From: Eledone cirrhosa
Taxonomy: Eukaryota
Direction of reading: 5' to 3'
Assembly: GCA_964016885.1 (NCBI GenBank)
Contig: OZ024758.1
Span: 14,756,001 to 14,820,000, forward strand
Length of the DNA: 64,000 nucleotides
Each line of letters starts with the position of its first letter. Position 1 is the first letter of the stretch. Below, in pieces: positions 13,286 to 27,232 of this stretch. The position numbers and the translations under genes are program-made. The notes beneath the pieces are model-generated. The model made no database searches, was not told where the DNA came from, and saw only the letters and a program-made list of their open reading frames with translations.

Positions 13286-13593
13286 CATATGAATGCGTCT
13301 GTGTGTATGAATGCACGTCTGTGTGTGAGTATGAATGAATGCGTGTGTGTGTATGAATGAATGTGTATGTGTGTGTATGAATGAATGCACGTGTGTTTAT
13401 GAATGTATGTATGTGAGAGAGTGAATGTGTGAGAGTGAAATGGTGTTATTTTAACACTGCAAATTCCCCCTATCTGTCCACTAGTAAAGATACTATAAAC
13501 ATATGAATTAACAAACACACTATTAAACATACTCTGCTCACTCTTACAGAATGTTCAGAGTTATTTTATCAACCATCTCCCCCGAAAAATGGA

Positions 13594-13922
13594 TCATCAT
13601 CATCATTTTACGTCCACTTTTCCCTGCTTGCAAGGGTGGGACGGGAACTGATTCTGGCTTGATTTCTACAGCTGGATGCCCTTCCTAACACCAACCTCAT
13701 TTACAGTGAGTGCTGGGTGCTTTTTTGCCGTGGCACCTCCACGACCACTTTGCAGTGCAATGATAGGGACCCCAGTCCTTATATTTCTACAGCTGAGTAA
13801 ACTGGAGCAATGTGAAATAAAGTGTCTTGCTCAAGGAAACAACACATCACCCGGTCTGAGAATTGAACTCACAACCTTTCGATTGCAAGCCCAATGCTCT
13901 AACCACTAAGCTAGGTGCCTCC
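13594..13922 (-). mobile_element. SINE family B copy
   Basis: Reverse-complement copy of 2544-2936. Confidence 0.85.
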
Positions 13923-14017
13923 ATTATGATGAAAGGCAAAATTGATATTCCTGGGATTTGAACTCAGACCAGAATGATCTGGAACAAATACCATGAAGTA
14001 TTATTTTTCTTATGTTC

Positions 14018-14504
14018 TATGAGGGTGGGCAGAAAATTTCACAGACTGACTATGAAAGAGTGATGCTAGAGCAGTGAAATCTTACATGTATTAATTTCAA
14101 CTATTTTTATTGATAACTGCATTGTTTCTTTCCAGAGACTATGTTGAAAAATAAACCTTATTTGGTCATTCCATGAGAGTATCTTGGTCAGCCTATGAAG
14201 GTGTGATGCTAGAGCTGTGAAATCTAACATGCATTAATTTCAGCTATTCTTATCAATAACTGAATTGTTTCTTTCCAGAGACTATGTTGAAAAATAAACC
14301 TTATTTGGTCATTCCATGAGAGTATCTTGGTCAGCCTATGAAGGTGTGATGCTAGAGCTGTGAAATCTAACATGCATTAATTTCAGCTATTCTTATCAAT
14401 AACTGAATTGTTTCTTTCCAGGGACTATGTTGAAAAATAAACCCCATTTGGTCAGTCCATGAGAGTATCTTGGTCAGCCTATTAACTTTCAGACAACCTC
14501 TCAT
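14018..14504. mobile_element. Mariner-derived MITE with an internal ~142 bp triplication
   Basis: TATGAGGG...CCTCTCATA termini and three copies of tgatgctagagc...cttggtcagcctat. Confidence 0.55.
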
Positions 14505-16884
14505 AACTCTGTTAGTTTGCCACCTAGGTGTCCATCCCTATAAATTACAAGATATTTCTTTGTAAACTCATTGATAGGGTATATGTCTATGCAGTCCCTA
14601 AATCCTGTTAGAATTTCTTGTATTGTTTTTTCTTTCCTTGGAACATTAGCCAATTAGCCAAGCTAATCAGCTCATATTATGCAGAACTGTTCAAGTAAAA
14701 ACTACTTGTCTTCCTCGTTAAGGTTTATAATTAACCTTCTCGTGTAATCAATTCATTTGTTTTGCTTCGTTTTCCATTTTACTTTGGAAATATTTATCTA
14801 ACCTTTAATCTCTTAACCTTTCTCCAACAAACTTTATAATCTCTCTTGTTTACAGTTTATGTTCAGTCAGTCTAGTTGATAAACAAAATATATAAACATC
14901 ATCATCATCATCGTTTAGCAACCATTTTCCATGCTAGCATGGGTTAGATAGTTTTTGTAAATCTCATTGTTAAAAGTAATATTAGCTTACTTTGCCCAAG
15001 AAATGCTTTATCACTATTATCTGAACAAAAATTTCCTTTTCTTTACTTTGGGATGGTAGTATTGCTGGAAAGATTTTTTATTTTTATTTAGTAACATTTT
15101 AAAGCTGGGTTGAATGTTGTAGGTATTTCAGATAAAACATGATATCTGAATGAATTATCAGGTATATAGTGTTTCATTGTCAATATGCTAATACTAGCAC
15201 TACACTTAACCTGCTTTCTATAATGGGGGTCACTTGAAATAGTTTTGGGAGTTCATTTGACAAAAATGTTTAGTAAATGGGCTTTGTTTTGACAGCAGTA
15301 TTTGATAGTTAAACTTTTAGCATTTAAACCAGCCATACCTGACCAAAATTTTCTCGCCTCTTTCTGTTCAAACTGGTCATAACCAGCCACTCATACTGAC
15401 ATTAAGGTATTGTTCTCAAAATAAATCTCAAAATCTCATAGATTCGATATTATGTGAGAAAGCCTTTACTGTGAAAATATAATAATATATATATAGAGTA
15501 ATGTAAATACTCAAGGGTTAATAGTTAAAACAGGGGAACTGGTTGTCATTTTACTCCAGTTCACTGTGTGACAAGTTCAATTGCTTTTTGGCTACAGCCA
15601 GTTTAAACAGAAAGAGATGAAAAAATTCTGGCCTGATACGTCCAGTTTAAATGCTAAAGGGTTAATTAACCCTTTAGCATTTAAACTGGCCATATTCAGC
15701 CAGAATTATCTCACCTCTTTCTGTTTAAACCGGCTGCTCATACAAACAAGGCATTGTTATCAAAATAAATAACATCAAAATCTCAGATTTGATATCATGT
15801 GAGATAAAGCCTTTACCGTGAAAATATAATAGTAAATATAGAGTAATATAAATGCTAAAGGGTTCAATCTTACTGACCTATACCACATGAAACTGCATTA
15901 GCCAGATATTCATAAAAAAGACAAAACAACATTATGACCGAGTCATATTAAAAATTAAAGTCTTTACTGCAAATTTTCAGGATGCTATATCAAGTAATAA
16001 AGATACTATAAAATATTCAATTAATCTGTTTTTAGATTTTTTTCCTGCTAAATCCTTACAGGATGTTACAAGTTAGCTTTCAATATGTAAAGAGTTAATT
16101 AGCTTTCAGGATGCTCATTAGATTGTGAAACACAGAAGCATTTGTTTTCTTTGTATAATATAATCAGGATCTTTGTCCTGGAGTGGTTGCTTAGCTCTGT
16201 TTTCTAATCCTATATCTAGCTATCCATAAATAAATAACCAGGCTTAGGTTGTCTTAGAAATCATCTATAATTAACTGAAAATTTTCTCTTTTGTAATGAT
16301 TATGATGACAAAACACTTCTATAATTAGTGTTATCCTTGTCTGTTTAGTTGATCATATTTAATTAACATTCCAGATCTGAGTGTTATTTATTAGTCAATA
16401 TATCACAATGGGTTCGTTAAAACCCTCATCTACCACCACCACCACATCCACATAAAAGGTTTTACAATTGACAACATTTAAACTATGTTTGTGTGCATCT
16501 AGTTTATAATTGGTGCACCATATCTCTGCAACTAAATGGGTTAATACCAGGAAGGGTATCTGGCTATAAAACATTACCACTTAAAGGACCATGTGATGAA
16601 TATGAAGCTTGTCATAGAGTCTGCAAGGCTAACCCCCTGTTTCCCTGTTTTCGTTGAGGAAATGGCCACAACTCTTTAGCATTTACATTACTCTATATTT
16701 ACTATTGTATTTTCACGGTAAACTTTATCTCGCATAATATCAAATCTATGAGATTTTGATATTTATTTTGAGAATACTACTTTAACATAAGTATGAGTAG
16801 CTGTTTATGGCCAGTCTGAACAGAAAGGTGAGAGAATTCTGGCCAGATACGGCTGGTTTAAATGCTAAAGGGTTAAGATACTGG

Positions 16885-17158
16885 TTGTATATTTCTGACT
16901 TCTGGTTGTTCCTCAAAATGAAGATGCCACCGAAAGTCTGCCATTCTGAGAACCAGGAGGACATCATGTGGACTGCAATGGTGAAACTGAGAGCCACTTT
17001 AGAAGATATAGTTCAGATATGATAACAGTAGAAGGATCTCTGGGCTAAATGTGTGGAAGCGCAACGGGACTAATTTGAAGGGGATTAGCAATTGAACTCC
17101 ACTAAGCAAATATTTTTTCCCCAGCCTAAAGTTAGATACATTTTTGACAGACCTTGTA
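16885..17158 (+). mobile_element. Mariner transposase C-terminal remnant plus TIR
   Basis: DFWLFLKMK motif (after the YSPDL region) and end sequence tttttgacagaccttgta. Confidence 0.55.
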
Positions 17159-18027
17159 AAAACTTTTAAATGAAGTTTTGTAATGTAGAAACAAAGATGA
17201 TTTCAAGCAGTTTGTTAAAAGAGTTTAACTGGCAAATAAATTAAGTGTACCACCCCAAATTCACATGCAGAATGCGGGTAATGTTATTATCTTCACTGTA
17301 TCAGAAAATTATAGTTTTTACACAAACACAATATTTTAGATTTATAAGAGATGAGAAATTTAATTGAGTATCATTCAGCAGAATATTTTAAATATTTTCT
17401 TCAGTATTTCAGTCTTGAAAACCTCCAGTATTTGCAAATGGCTGATATTCTTGTTAGACAGACTTATTCAGTTCTGTGTGAACATAACTGTTGTTGTTTA
17501 GCCCCAGGTAGGCCTTGATTGAGCAGACATGATCAATGGTATTCAAGATGTGACTATCTCACCTTTTTACCAAGCCATATGCATTCAAGACCACATTATC
17601 CAGTATTTTGTTCCTCATTTAACCCTTTTGATACCAAATGGTCCGAAACTGACCCTGGTTCTATAATACAAATCAGTTTATTTTAAAAACATTCTATCAT
17701 AATTCTATGTATAAAAAACTTTGTGAAGTTATGCAACAAACATCAGCTAATAATGAGAAAGTTAGCTTATATTACTAAATACTTCCAAGTTCTCAATTAT
17801 TTTCTAAATTATTTGAAATCCATAGGTAGTATCTTGAATAGTTCTATGGTATTGTGATGAAGGAAGGTCTAGGTTTGTTGAGAAAAGATATTTGGTTGCT
17901 ATAATGTTACACATATACACACACATATGTACAGAATGTATACACACTTCAACAGCATTTGAATAAATATTGCCTGCAAAGGTAATCAAAGTGTTTATAC
18001 ATTTTGGGAGGACACTCTGTATATATG

Positions 18028-18371
18028 CATCATCATCATCATTTCATTTTACGTCCACTTTTTCCCTGCTTGCAAGGGTGGGACGGGAACTGATTCTGGC
18101 TTGATTTCTACAGCTGGATGCCCTTCCTAACACCAACCTCATTTACAGTGAGTGCTGGGTGCTTTTTTGCCGTGGCACCTCCACAACCACTTTTGCAGTG
18201 GAATGATATGGACCCCAGTCCCTATCATCTCATTTCTACAGCTGAGTAAACTGGAGCAATGTGAAATAAAGTGTCTTGCTCAAAGAAACAACACATCACC
18301 TGGTCTGAGAATTGAACTCACAACCTTTCCATTGCAAGCCCAATGCTCTAACCACTAAGCCATGTGCCTCC
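18028..18371 (-). mobile_element. SINE family B copy
   Basis: Reverse-complement copy of 2544-2936. Confidence 0.85.
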
Positions 18372-18414
18372 ATTTATGTATTTTGGGAGGACACTATATA
18401 TATATATATATATA

Positions 18415-18603
18415 GGGCGGAGAATTGGCAGTATCAGTAGAGGGTCGGATGCCATGCTTTCCAGCATAGTTACGTCTCTTTACAGTCTGAGTTCAAATCC
18501 TGTCGAGGTTAACTTTGCCTTTCATCCTTACGGGGGTCGATAAAATAAAGTACCAGTAATGTACTGGGTAATTGCTGGCCTTGTGCCAAAAGTAGAAACA
18601 ACT
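18415..18603 (+). mobile_element. SINE family A copy
   Basis: Full-length match to 59024-59210, between TA repeats. Confidence 0.85.
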
Positions 18604-19126
18604 ATATATATATATATACACACATACAGAGAGAGAGAGAGAGAGATTATTCTACTGGTTTCAGACTGCAACCATATCGGGGTACAACACTGATTTAGTT
18701 GATCATATCACCCCAGGACTTTATCAATTTTTTTTTTTGTCAAACTACTACTACTACTGCTACTACTACTGCTGCTGCTGCTACTACTACTACTACACAC
18801 ACACACAGACTTCTGCAGTTTCCATCTACCAAATTCCACTCATAAGCCGTTGGTTAAGTTGTGGTTACAGTAGAAGGCAATTGCTGAAGTGGTGCACTGA
18901 ACCTTGAACCATGTGGTTGTGAAACTGGCTTCTCAACCACGCACATACACATACATTTATATATATCATCATCATCATCATCATACGTCCGCTTCTCCCT
19001 GCTTGCAAAGGTGGGACGATATATACTGTAAACGTGGTTGGTGTTAGGAAGCGCATCCAGCCGTAGAAAACCCGCCAGACAGTCCTATACGAGCAAGACA
19101 ACCAATCTTGCCTCAGACTCAGAAGC

Positions 19127-19487
19127 TCCCGCGTCTTGTGACGCATGAAGCAATCATAGTGTTCCACCGCGTTCGGTCAGCAGCCAGTTGCACAGCGTCC
19201 CGCCATTGTCTGTTTGTCGCTCGCAGGTCCCTCTCAACTGTCTGGCGCCAGTTCATTTTGGGGTCGCCCTCTCCGTCTGCTTCCCTGTGGGTTCCATTTA
19301 AGTACTTGGTTCGCCAGTCTCTCCGGGGGAAGTCTCAAAGCGTGCCCAAACCAGCCCAGGCGTCGCTTGTAGATGGCAGAAGAGACCAACTGCTGGTTGG
19401 TGCAGTTCCTGACTTCCTGGTTTGTTACATGGTCACTCCATTTAATCCCCAGGATCTTTCGCAGACACCTGGAATCGAATGCTACGA
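19127..19487 (-). mobile_element. RTE-clade LINE 3' fragment
   Basis: Minus frame reads WSDHVTNQEVR...RRLGWFGHALRLPPERLANQVLKWNPQGSRRRGRP. Confidence 0.8.
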
Positions 19488-21371
19488 AAACAATCTTGCC
19501 TCACGTGGGACAATTTCCGTCTAAACCCATGCTAGCGTGGAAGATAGACGTTAAACGACGATAATGATTATATATATATATATGTTTGTTTTGCAAGGTT
19601 TTTTATATGAAATTATGTGTTGTTGAAACAAATATTGTTATATTTGGGGAGGGTCATATTGTTATGATATTGCCAGAAATAATAACAGAACAGAAGTGAG
19701 TGTGTTCTGTCTTATTATTTCTGGCAATATTATAACAATATGACCCTCCCCAAATATAACAATATATATATATATATGAATAAGACAAGGTCAGCCGACC
19801 TAACATTGCCAACGTCTAACCCATGCTAGCGTGGAAGAATCGACGTAAAACGGTGATGATATATGACAATGTAAAATTTAGCATGTTCATTCAAATGCAA
19901 GGCAAACAAACTAACCTGCAGTGGAGAGGATATCATTTTTGTAAATATTTATCTTATCATCATCATCATCATCATCATTAACAGTCATAGCTCATGACCT
20001 AGTTTTGATCACCAGTCAAAAATTTATTACACTTGTATATCTATCACTAATGCCTCAGAGAAAAGGTAGGAATAATTCAACTTCCTGTGGCCTCTTACCT
20101 CAAAGGAATGATAGCTATGTAACAAATCATCGTCATTATCATCATCATCATCATCATCATACCGATACCCGTAAGAGGGGGGGGGTATAACCATGACAAT
20201 CCCTGTAATAATATTATGACATTGCATTATATCATGACATTCCAAAACTAACACAATTGTCGATTGGATTGTCGGTTGTGACTGACCATCTGGGTGTTCA
20301 TCAACTGAGCACCCAACTCCTGAATAAACCCTTTAGCATTTAAAATCGGCGATATCCAGCCAGAATATCAGATTTTAATTTTAAAATGACTCCTTTAAAA
20401 TATATGGTTTTGGTTCATAGAACCAGGACCAGATTTGGCTGAGTTGCTATGAAAAGGGTTAACACTTTAGCATTTAAACTGTATCTGGCAGGCATTCTCT
20501 CACTCTTTCTGTTCAAACCGGCCGTAACCTGTTGCTCATACTGATGTTAAGGTATTATTCTCAAAAATAACATCAAATTCTCATAGATTCGATATTATGT
20601 GAGGTAAAGCCTTTACCATGAAAATATAATAGTAAATATAGAGTAATGTAAATGCTGAAGAGTTAATCGACTTTCCCTCACCTGCCAAAACTGTTGGTCT
20701 TGTACCTAAATCAGAAACCGTTTTCATATTCCCCCAACTGATAAAGTCTTCTTTGCTACATTTTCTCTATGAGAAGGTATTCATAGCTAATTAAATCAAG
20801 TAAATTTAGGTGTTACCGTTAATTATTAGATCTTACCGTTAATTAGATCTTACCGTTAATTTCTAAAATAAATATAAAGTAACTATAGAGTAATGTAAAT
20901 GTTAAAGGGTTAATGTCCTGTATCACCTGAAACTGCATTACCAAAACATTCTTGAAAAGTACAAAACAGCACCGTGACTGCATCACATTAAACATTTAAC
21001 CCTGGTTCCTGCATTAAGCAGTCCATTGCAAGACTAACCCTCAGTTGCTGGTATTCATTTCTTTTAGCTGAATAGACTGGAGCAATGTGAAATAAAGTGT
21101 CATTCTTGCTCAAAGACATGTTCAGCCCAGGAATCAAACTCACAACCCTATGGTTCTGAATTAAACACTCTAACCTCTAGTTCACATGTCTTCACATTAC
21201 CAATGTTATTACCATAATATGACCTAGTTTTCAATATGATATAATTCATTCATATATATATATTTAAGTTGATCACCTTCGAGTCAAAAACATTTTTCTG
21301 TTTTTTTTTAATTTCCTTATAGCCTCTTGGACTGTGTTTACCATTATTCCTTTATTATACAACTACGGTAA

Positions 21372-21627
21372 GTGACACAGAGGAGACCGAGGTTAGCTGG
21401 ACATGCTCACCGACATCCAGAGTTGACATTGCACTCAGTGCTCCTTTGGGAGCCCCTTCATGGACACACTAGAAGAGGAAGACCAAGGTTAACGTATGTT
21501 GATGCCCTAAGGACAGACACTGGTCTGTTGGAGACGCAGGACATGGCAGCGATAATGAGGGACAGAGACCGCTGGAGAGAACTCGTCCATGGATCTCGGG
21601 AATTTTACCCGCCTTAGAATAGAATAC
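21372..21627 (+). mobile_element. RTE-clade LINE 3' fragment
   Basis: RLAGHAHRH...LLWEP...RRGRPRLTYVD...DRDRWR followed by a tagaa tail. Confidence 0.75.
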
Positions 21628-21640
21628 AACTATTATGCAA

Positions 21641-21704
21641 TAAACACCTGATGATGTCACCAGGATCCTACGTAACCTGGCCACTGAAATGTACATAGTG
21701 TTTG
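21641..21704 (+). ncRNA. Type-I hammerhead ribozyme (same family as 1616-1673)
   Basis: taaacac-CTGATGA-tgtca ccagg(...)cctgg ccact-GAAA-tgtaca-TA-gtgtttg: 6-7 bp stem I, canonical core, palindromic TGTACA. Predicted cleavage after 21697. Confidence 0.8.
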
Positions 21705-24482
21705 CTGAAATAAATCTTGGAAGGAATTTCACCAGTCTGGCTCCTGTCATTTTACTCAATAATATATATATATATCTAAATGAATTTTTTTTTGTTTATA
21801 TATATATATATATAAACAAAAAAAAATGTCCATGAATACAAAAGAGAGAAAAGCATTTAAAACATTCTCGTCTCTCTATTACATCACCTGACCAACATTT
21901 TTATGTTGATCTTACTGCTGTCTTCATACAAAGACATTCACAGAAATGACCTCATTAATACACCTGCTATTATACCACAACTACCTGAATTGATTAAATT
22001 GAATCACGAAGGAGACTAAAACCTACAATTTTTTAAAATTATATAAAAAAAAAAAAAAAGGTTAAAAATAAGAATTATTTTCCAAGCTATGTTTAGAACT
22101 TAAATAACTTTAAATAAATTATTTTATTCTTTTATTGGTTTCAGTCAATAGACTGCAGCTATGATAGCATTAAAGCTGGCCATAACCAGCCAGAATTCTC
22201 TCACCTCTTTCTGTTCAAACTGGCTGTAACTGGCCGCTCATACTGATGTTAAGGTATTGTTTTCAAAATAAATAATATCAAAATCTCATAGATTTGATAT
22301 TATGTAAGATAAAGCCTTTATGACGAAAATACAATAGTATATAGAGAGTAATTTAAATGCTAAAGAGTTAAGAAAGTAGAGTGTAGGTATGGACTATAAA
22401 AGCCATAAATGAGAGAAAGAGGAGAAAAGCAAGGACTCTAGGACCACATGACAAAATATCCTTATGATGTTTCCTCTGTTCAATTCCTAGTTATCCATAT
22501 GTAAAGTTACATTGACATATTTCCAAATTATACTGGAACCTAATAGAACTGATGATGATTTCAATGGTATGGTAAAAGGAATATGGATTTATTTCAGGTA
22601 ATTCTTTTAAAGATTTGGAATTATAAAAAGGATAAGAGCACTTGAGCTAAACACATGTCTAGTTTATATTATGGCTCACATGTGTGTAGATTTAGCTGGC
22701 TGCCTATGAGACTGTCTAAACGTCAGTCTAGAGCTCAGACTCATCAGGCCAGTGTTTACCTCAGTCTCCGTGATGTTAAGCAACTGAGTGTCCAAGACTC
22801 CCCTCCTCCCTGGATAGGAGGCCAGTCCATCACAGGGTCAAACCCTCAGCTATCGCTGGTATTCATTTTCAGCTGAGTATACTGGAGAAATCTGAAATAA
22901 AGTGTTTTTGCTGAAGAACACAACACAACCCAGTTCAGCAATCAAACCCACAACATTATGATCATAAATCCAACAGCCTTACCACTAGACTGCATGCCTC
23001 CACATAGCTAAAAGCAATTAGTTTTTTGAGAAGTGTAAGCAAGGACATATAGACTTCCAAAGGATGCTACATACCTAGTCCTTGAATAGCTAGACAAACA
23101 ACATATGGTGACAGCCAATAAATTTCAGAAATGTGATATGTAGAAAAGCTCTTGATTTATTCTTAATATAGCCACATGCATAGCTGTGTGGTTAACAAGT
23201 TCACTTCACAAGTATGTGCTTCTGGGTTTGACCCCTCTGTGCAAATATCAAAACCATCTACTATCTATCTCTATGGCCTTGCACCTAGAAAGTTTCCCTC
23301 CAAGTCACAAGCCTGGGTAAGGTTTGTTTGGTGGAAGATCAGTAGTCACCCATGCATACCAGTCTCCTCTCTCCACGCCACTGATGTTGTTCAAAAGAAA
23401 GGCAATGTCCGATACAGTTTGGCACCAGTGATGTTGCAACTCATTTCTACAGCTGAGTAAACTGGAGCAACGTGAAATAAAGCGTCTTGCTCAAGGACAC
23501 AACGCATCACCCGGTCCGAGAATTGAACTCACAACCTCTCAATTGCAAGCCCAATGCTCTAACCACTGAGCCATGTGCCTTCACATCTATCTATGATTTT
23601 AAAAAAAAAAAAAAAAAAAAAAAGGGAGGATTTAGCTATCAAGGGGTTGAAATGATGCTTGTATGGACATGAAATGTGGGCAGTGATGAAAATGGATAAA
23701 ATCGATAGCAACTAGAAATGAGCTAAGATTAATTTGTCAGATAATCAAGTGTATATTATTTAAGAAAACAATTGGACATTATCTTAACATCCTGTACCAC
23801 ATAAAACCGCATTAGCAAAACATTCTTGAGAAAAATGGAAACAGTTGTAAGCAGCAGTTAATATTAGTAATCAAATCCCACATATTAACTTTGCCTTTCA
23901 TCCTTCCAGGGTCGATAAAATAAAGCACCAGTAATGTACTGGGATTGATTTAATCAACTTTCCCCTCCCCAAAAATTGCTGGCCTTGTGCCTAAATCAGA
24001 AACCAATATTAGTAACGGAAAGACCAGTGGAAACAGTTTCTGTGGTCCAATCAGTTCCTTTGTATTTAGTCATGTCGAGGACATGGTAACCTCCCTAGTG
24101 CTGGTGATCTACTCTAAAAACACACCCAGTACACACTGTAAAGTGGTTGGTGATAGGAAGGGTATCCAGTCATAGAAATCTTGCCAAACAAAGGGTTTGG
24201 AAGCCCCTCAGTTGTGTCAAAAACATGACCCCTCCTGTGCATTCAGTGGAGCATCGATCCAACCGTATTTGAACGAGACACAGATCCCTGAACTGCCTGG
24301 GAGATCAGTGGTTCTGCTTCAGTACTGACTTGGTCTATATAGACCCATCCAACCGTTGCTAGCAGGGAAAGTATACATTACAATGATGATGATGAATGGT
24401 CCTCAAAAAAAAAAAAAAAATGAAGATAAAGATACATTGCAGGTTATTGTATTAAAGATTCGCTTAAATTTTGTCATCATAG

Positions 24483-24565
24483 TACAGGGTGTCCCCCCAA
24501 AATGTATACACATATTTATTAGAATGCTGTTGAAGTGTGTATACATTTTTGGAGGCCACCCTGTA
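24483..24565. mobile_element. Tc1/mariner-type mini-MITE
   Basis: TA|CAGGGTGTCC...CACCCTG|TA, palindromic ~80 bp. Copies at ~7432, 17930, 34935 and 37885. Confidence 0.7.
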
Positions 24566-25351
24566 TTGTTGAGAAATTTATGTAAAACTTGGTGATAAAT
24601 TAATTAACTCTTGTGGTTGAATTTCTAAATGAAATACTCTATTTTAATTAATAAAGAACATTGAAGGATTTACAAAAATTAATTATTTCATTACTAAGTA
24701 ACTAATTTAACATATGGTTCTTATATATAATTATGTTGGGAGATTTTAATTTTAAAAAGACTCTTTTAAAATGGACTAGATTTTAGTATTTAAACTGGCT
24801 GTATCTGGTCAGAATTCTCTGATCTTTTTCTGTTCAAACCACCCGTAACTGACCACTCATACTGATGTTAAGGTAATGTTCTCAAAATAAATAATATCAA
24901 AATCTTATAGATTCAATATTATGTGAGATAAATCCTTTGCCGTGAAAATACTATAGTAAATATAGAGTAATGTAAATGGTAAAGGGTTAAAATGGATGGT
25001 TTTGGTTCATAGAACCGGGACCAGAGTTGGTATCAAAAGAGTCAAGGAAACCTTTCAACAGTGGATCTAAATATTTATTGTTTAGGATCCAGGTCACATC
25101 TGATCAAGCTGGTCTATGATAAAAAATATTCCAGCCATGACCAGCCCATCTATTTTTTTTTTTTCAGGTACAGTCTACCCCAAACTACATTCGTCAAACG
25201 TCTTTCATTTTAAGATGATAGGATACAGTTTGAAGGAGATTTGACTACTATTTCTAGCATTATCAAGTAACTACATAGTTGATGAAAAGTAGATAAGAAT
25301 TTGGAAGATATACTTTAATATCAAAATACTGACACTACTATCTTGACTATT

Positions 25352-25990
25352 GATACTGCATTGGTATGGACATATGATGTGCATGAACGATGATTGCTGG
25401 GTGAACAAGTGCCAGGAAATCCCAATAGAGGGAAGCCACAGTAGAGGTAGACCAAGAAAGACTTGGGTAGAGGTGGTGAGAGCTGACCTCAAATCACTGA
25501 GACTCACAGGCTATGCACCTACACATGAGATTGTAATATCATGTATTAAATTATACAGTGATTATTATCATGTATGGTGACCTGTTCACTCCATACTTAC
25601 ACCAATAATGCATATGGCACTTATAGCTTATTGATTACACTATGGGCCTATCCTACATCATCATCATCATTTTTACATGTTTTTCCATGCAGGTCCTTTT
25701 CAGCACAGCATCTCTCCATTCACCACATTCATTCGCTATCTCCTCTGCGAGATTTAACAATTTGAGATGACAACTTCTCACCACCTCTGTCCAGGTCTAC
25801 CTTGGTCTACTTCTACTGTGGGTTTCTTCCACTGGGATTTCCTGGCATTTCTTCACCCAGCATATCACATGTCCATACCAAGACAGTCTTCTTTCTTGCA
25901 CACTACATCTGAATCCGCTTATACCCAATTTTTGTCTCAGTTTGTCGTTCTCTTACATTAACATTTCACATCCATCAAAGCATGCTTGTG
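25352..25990. mobile_element. Two RTE LINE 3' fragments in opposite orientation
   Basis: LHWYGHMMCM...SRGRPRKTW on + (~25352-25510) and a related antisense piece at ~25660-25990. Confidence 0.65.
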
Positions 25991-26953
25991 GTGGAGACTT
26001 GAGGACAACAAACCTACCAAAATCTAAATGTGAAGGGGTGTGGCCCAGTGGTGAGCATGTTGAACTCACAATCCCAAAGGTTATACATATACACCAGGTC
26101 TGAACACAAAGGAACCAAACTCCCACTGTCACTGCCTCCGTCTCTCCTGCCCTCTCCATCTCTCACTATCATGAGCAAATGGAGGGCCTACGCGCTGACC
26201 ACCTCGCAGCCCTAGCAGACAATAGAGAAGATGTGTAGGTTCAATTCCTGGACTGGCTAGTGCATTGATCATGAATAGGATGTTACATTTCAAGAAAATG
26301 AGTACCAGCGACAACTGGGGTTTAACCTCTGCAAAGGGCTAGCGTACACTTCACAGTGGAAAAGAGGTGGGGGGAGTCTCTTTTCACGATAGAACTGGGT
26401 ACAACATGCTTTACAGCATAGAGTTACGGCCCTTTACATTCCGAGTTCAAATTAGCTTAGACTTTCATCCTTACGAGTCGATAAAATAAAGTACCAGACA
26501 TGCACTGGAGATCGATTTAATCGACTTTCCCCGCCCCTCAAACTGCTGGCCTTGTGCCCAAATCAGAAACCATTATCATTAAAACACCTGAGAAATATCC
26601 TATGATATTTAAGCTCGTAGGAGTCCAGCTAAAATTACATAGGTGTGAGTTTTAACTGGAAAAAATGGTGGTTACCAGGTTGTAGGCCATGAAGTTTTGT
26701 ATGGTTGTTATCTGTGTATCATGAACGTATCAAAGTCCTGTGTTATTAAACATCCTTTAAATCAACCCAGTTGTGTTTGTTGTTAAATACGTGTCAGGAC
26801 GATTCGTGTAGTATATGATAGCTACCTGAACAATACTGACCTACACTAGAAGTGTATAGTATCTACATGTGTACCCCAGATATGAAACCCCTTTCTCAAA
26901 TCACCTCCAGTTGAGCTCCACGTATGATACTATCAAAAAACAACAGTCTAGTC

Positions 26954-27232
26954 CAGGGGTGGGCAACATATTCCTTTGGCGCGGGCCCCTTTTGAACAAC
27001 TATTAGGGCCAGTCACTGTCAAAATGATGAAAACCAAATCTTCCTATAACATGGAACTGGGAAATTATAACACACATAACCCCTATCAATGAAGCCCTTC
27101 AGTATAGGTCAACTAACAGAAAATTGTATTACGGTTACGAAAAAAAAATTCTCATTAAGCCTACACGGTAAAAATTAAAAACGGTCATCGCGTGCCACTC
27201 TGGTCTGGCGGGCCGCCTGTTGCATGCCCCTG
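26954..27232. mobile_element. hAT (Charlie-like) MITE
   Basis: CAGGGGTGGGCAAC...GTTGCATGCCCCTG termini with 8 bp TSD gtctagtc/gtctaatc. Partial related copy at ~31440-31578. Confidence 0.75.

Noticed and set aside
12439-13530. Long His/Thr-rich ORFs (also 9953-10597, 38951-39367, 63362-63844)
   Set aside because: Translations of (CA)/(TA) microsatellites.
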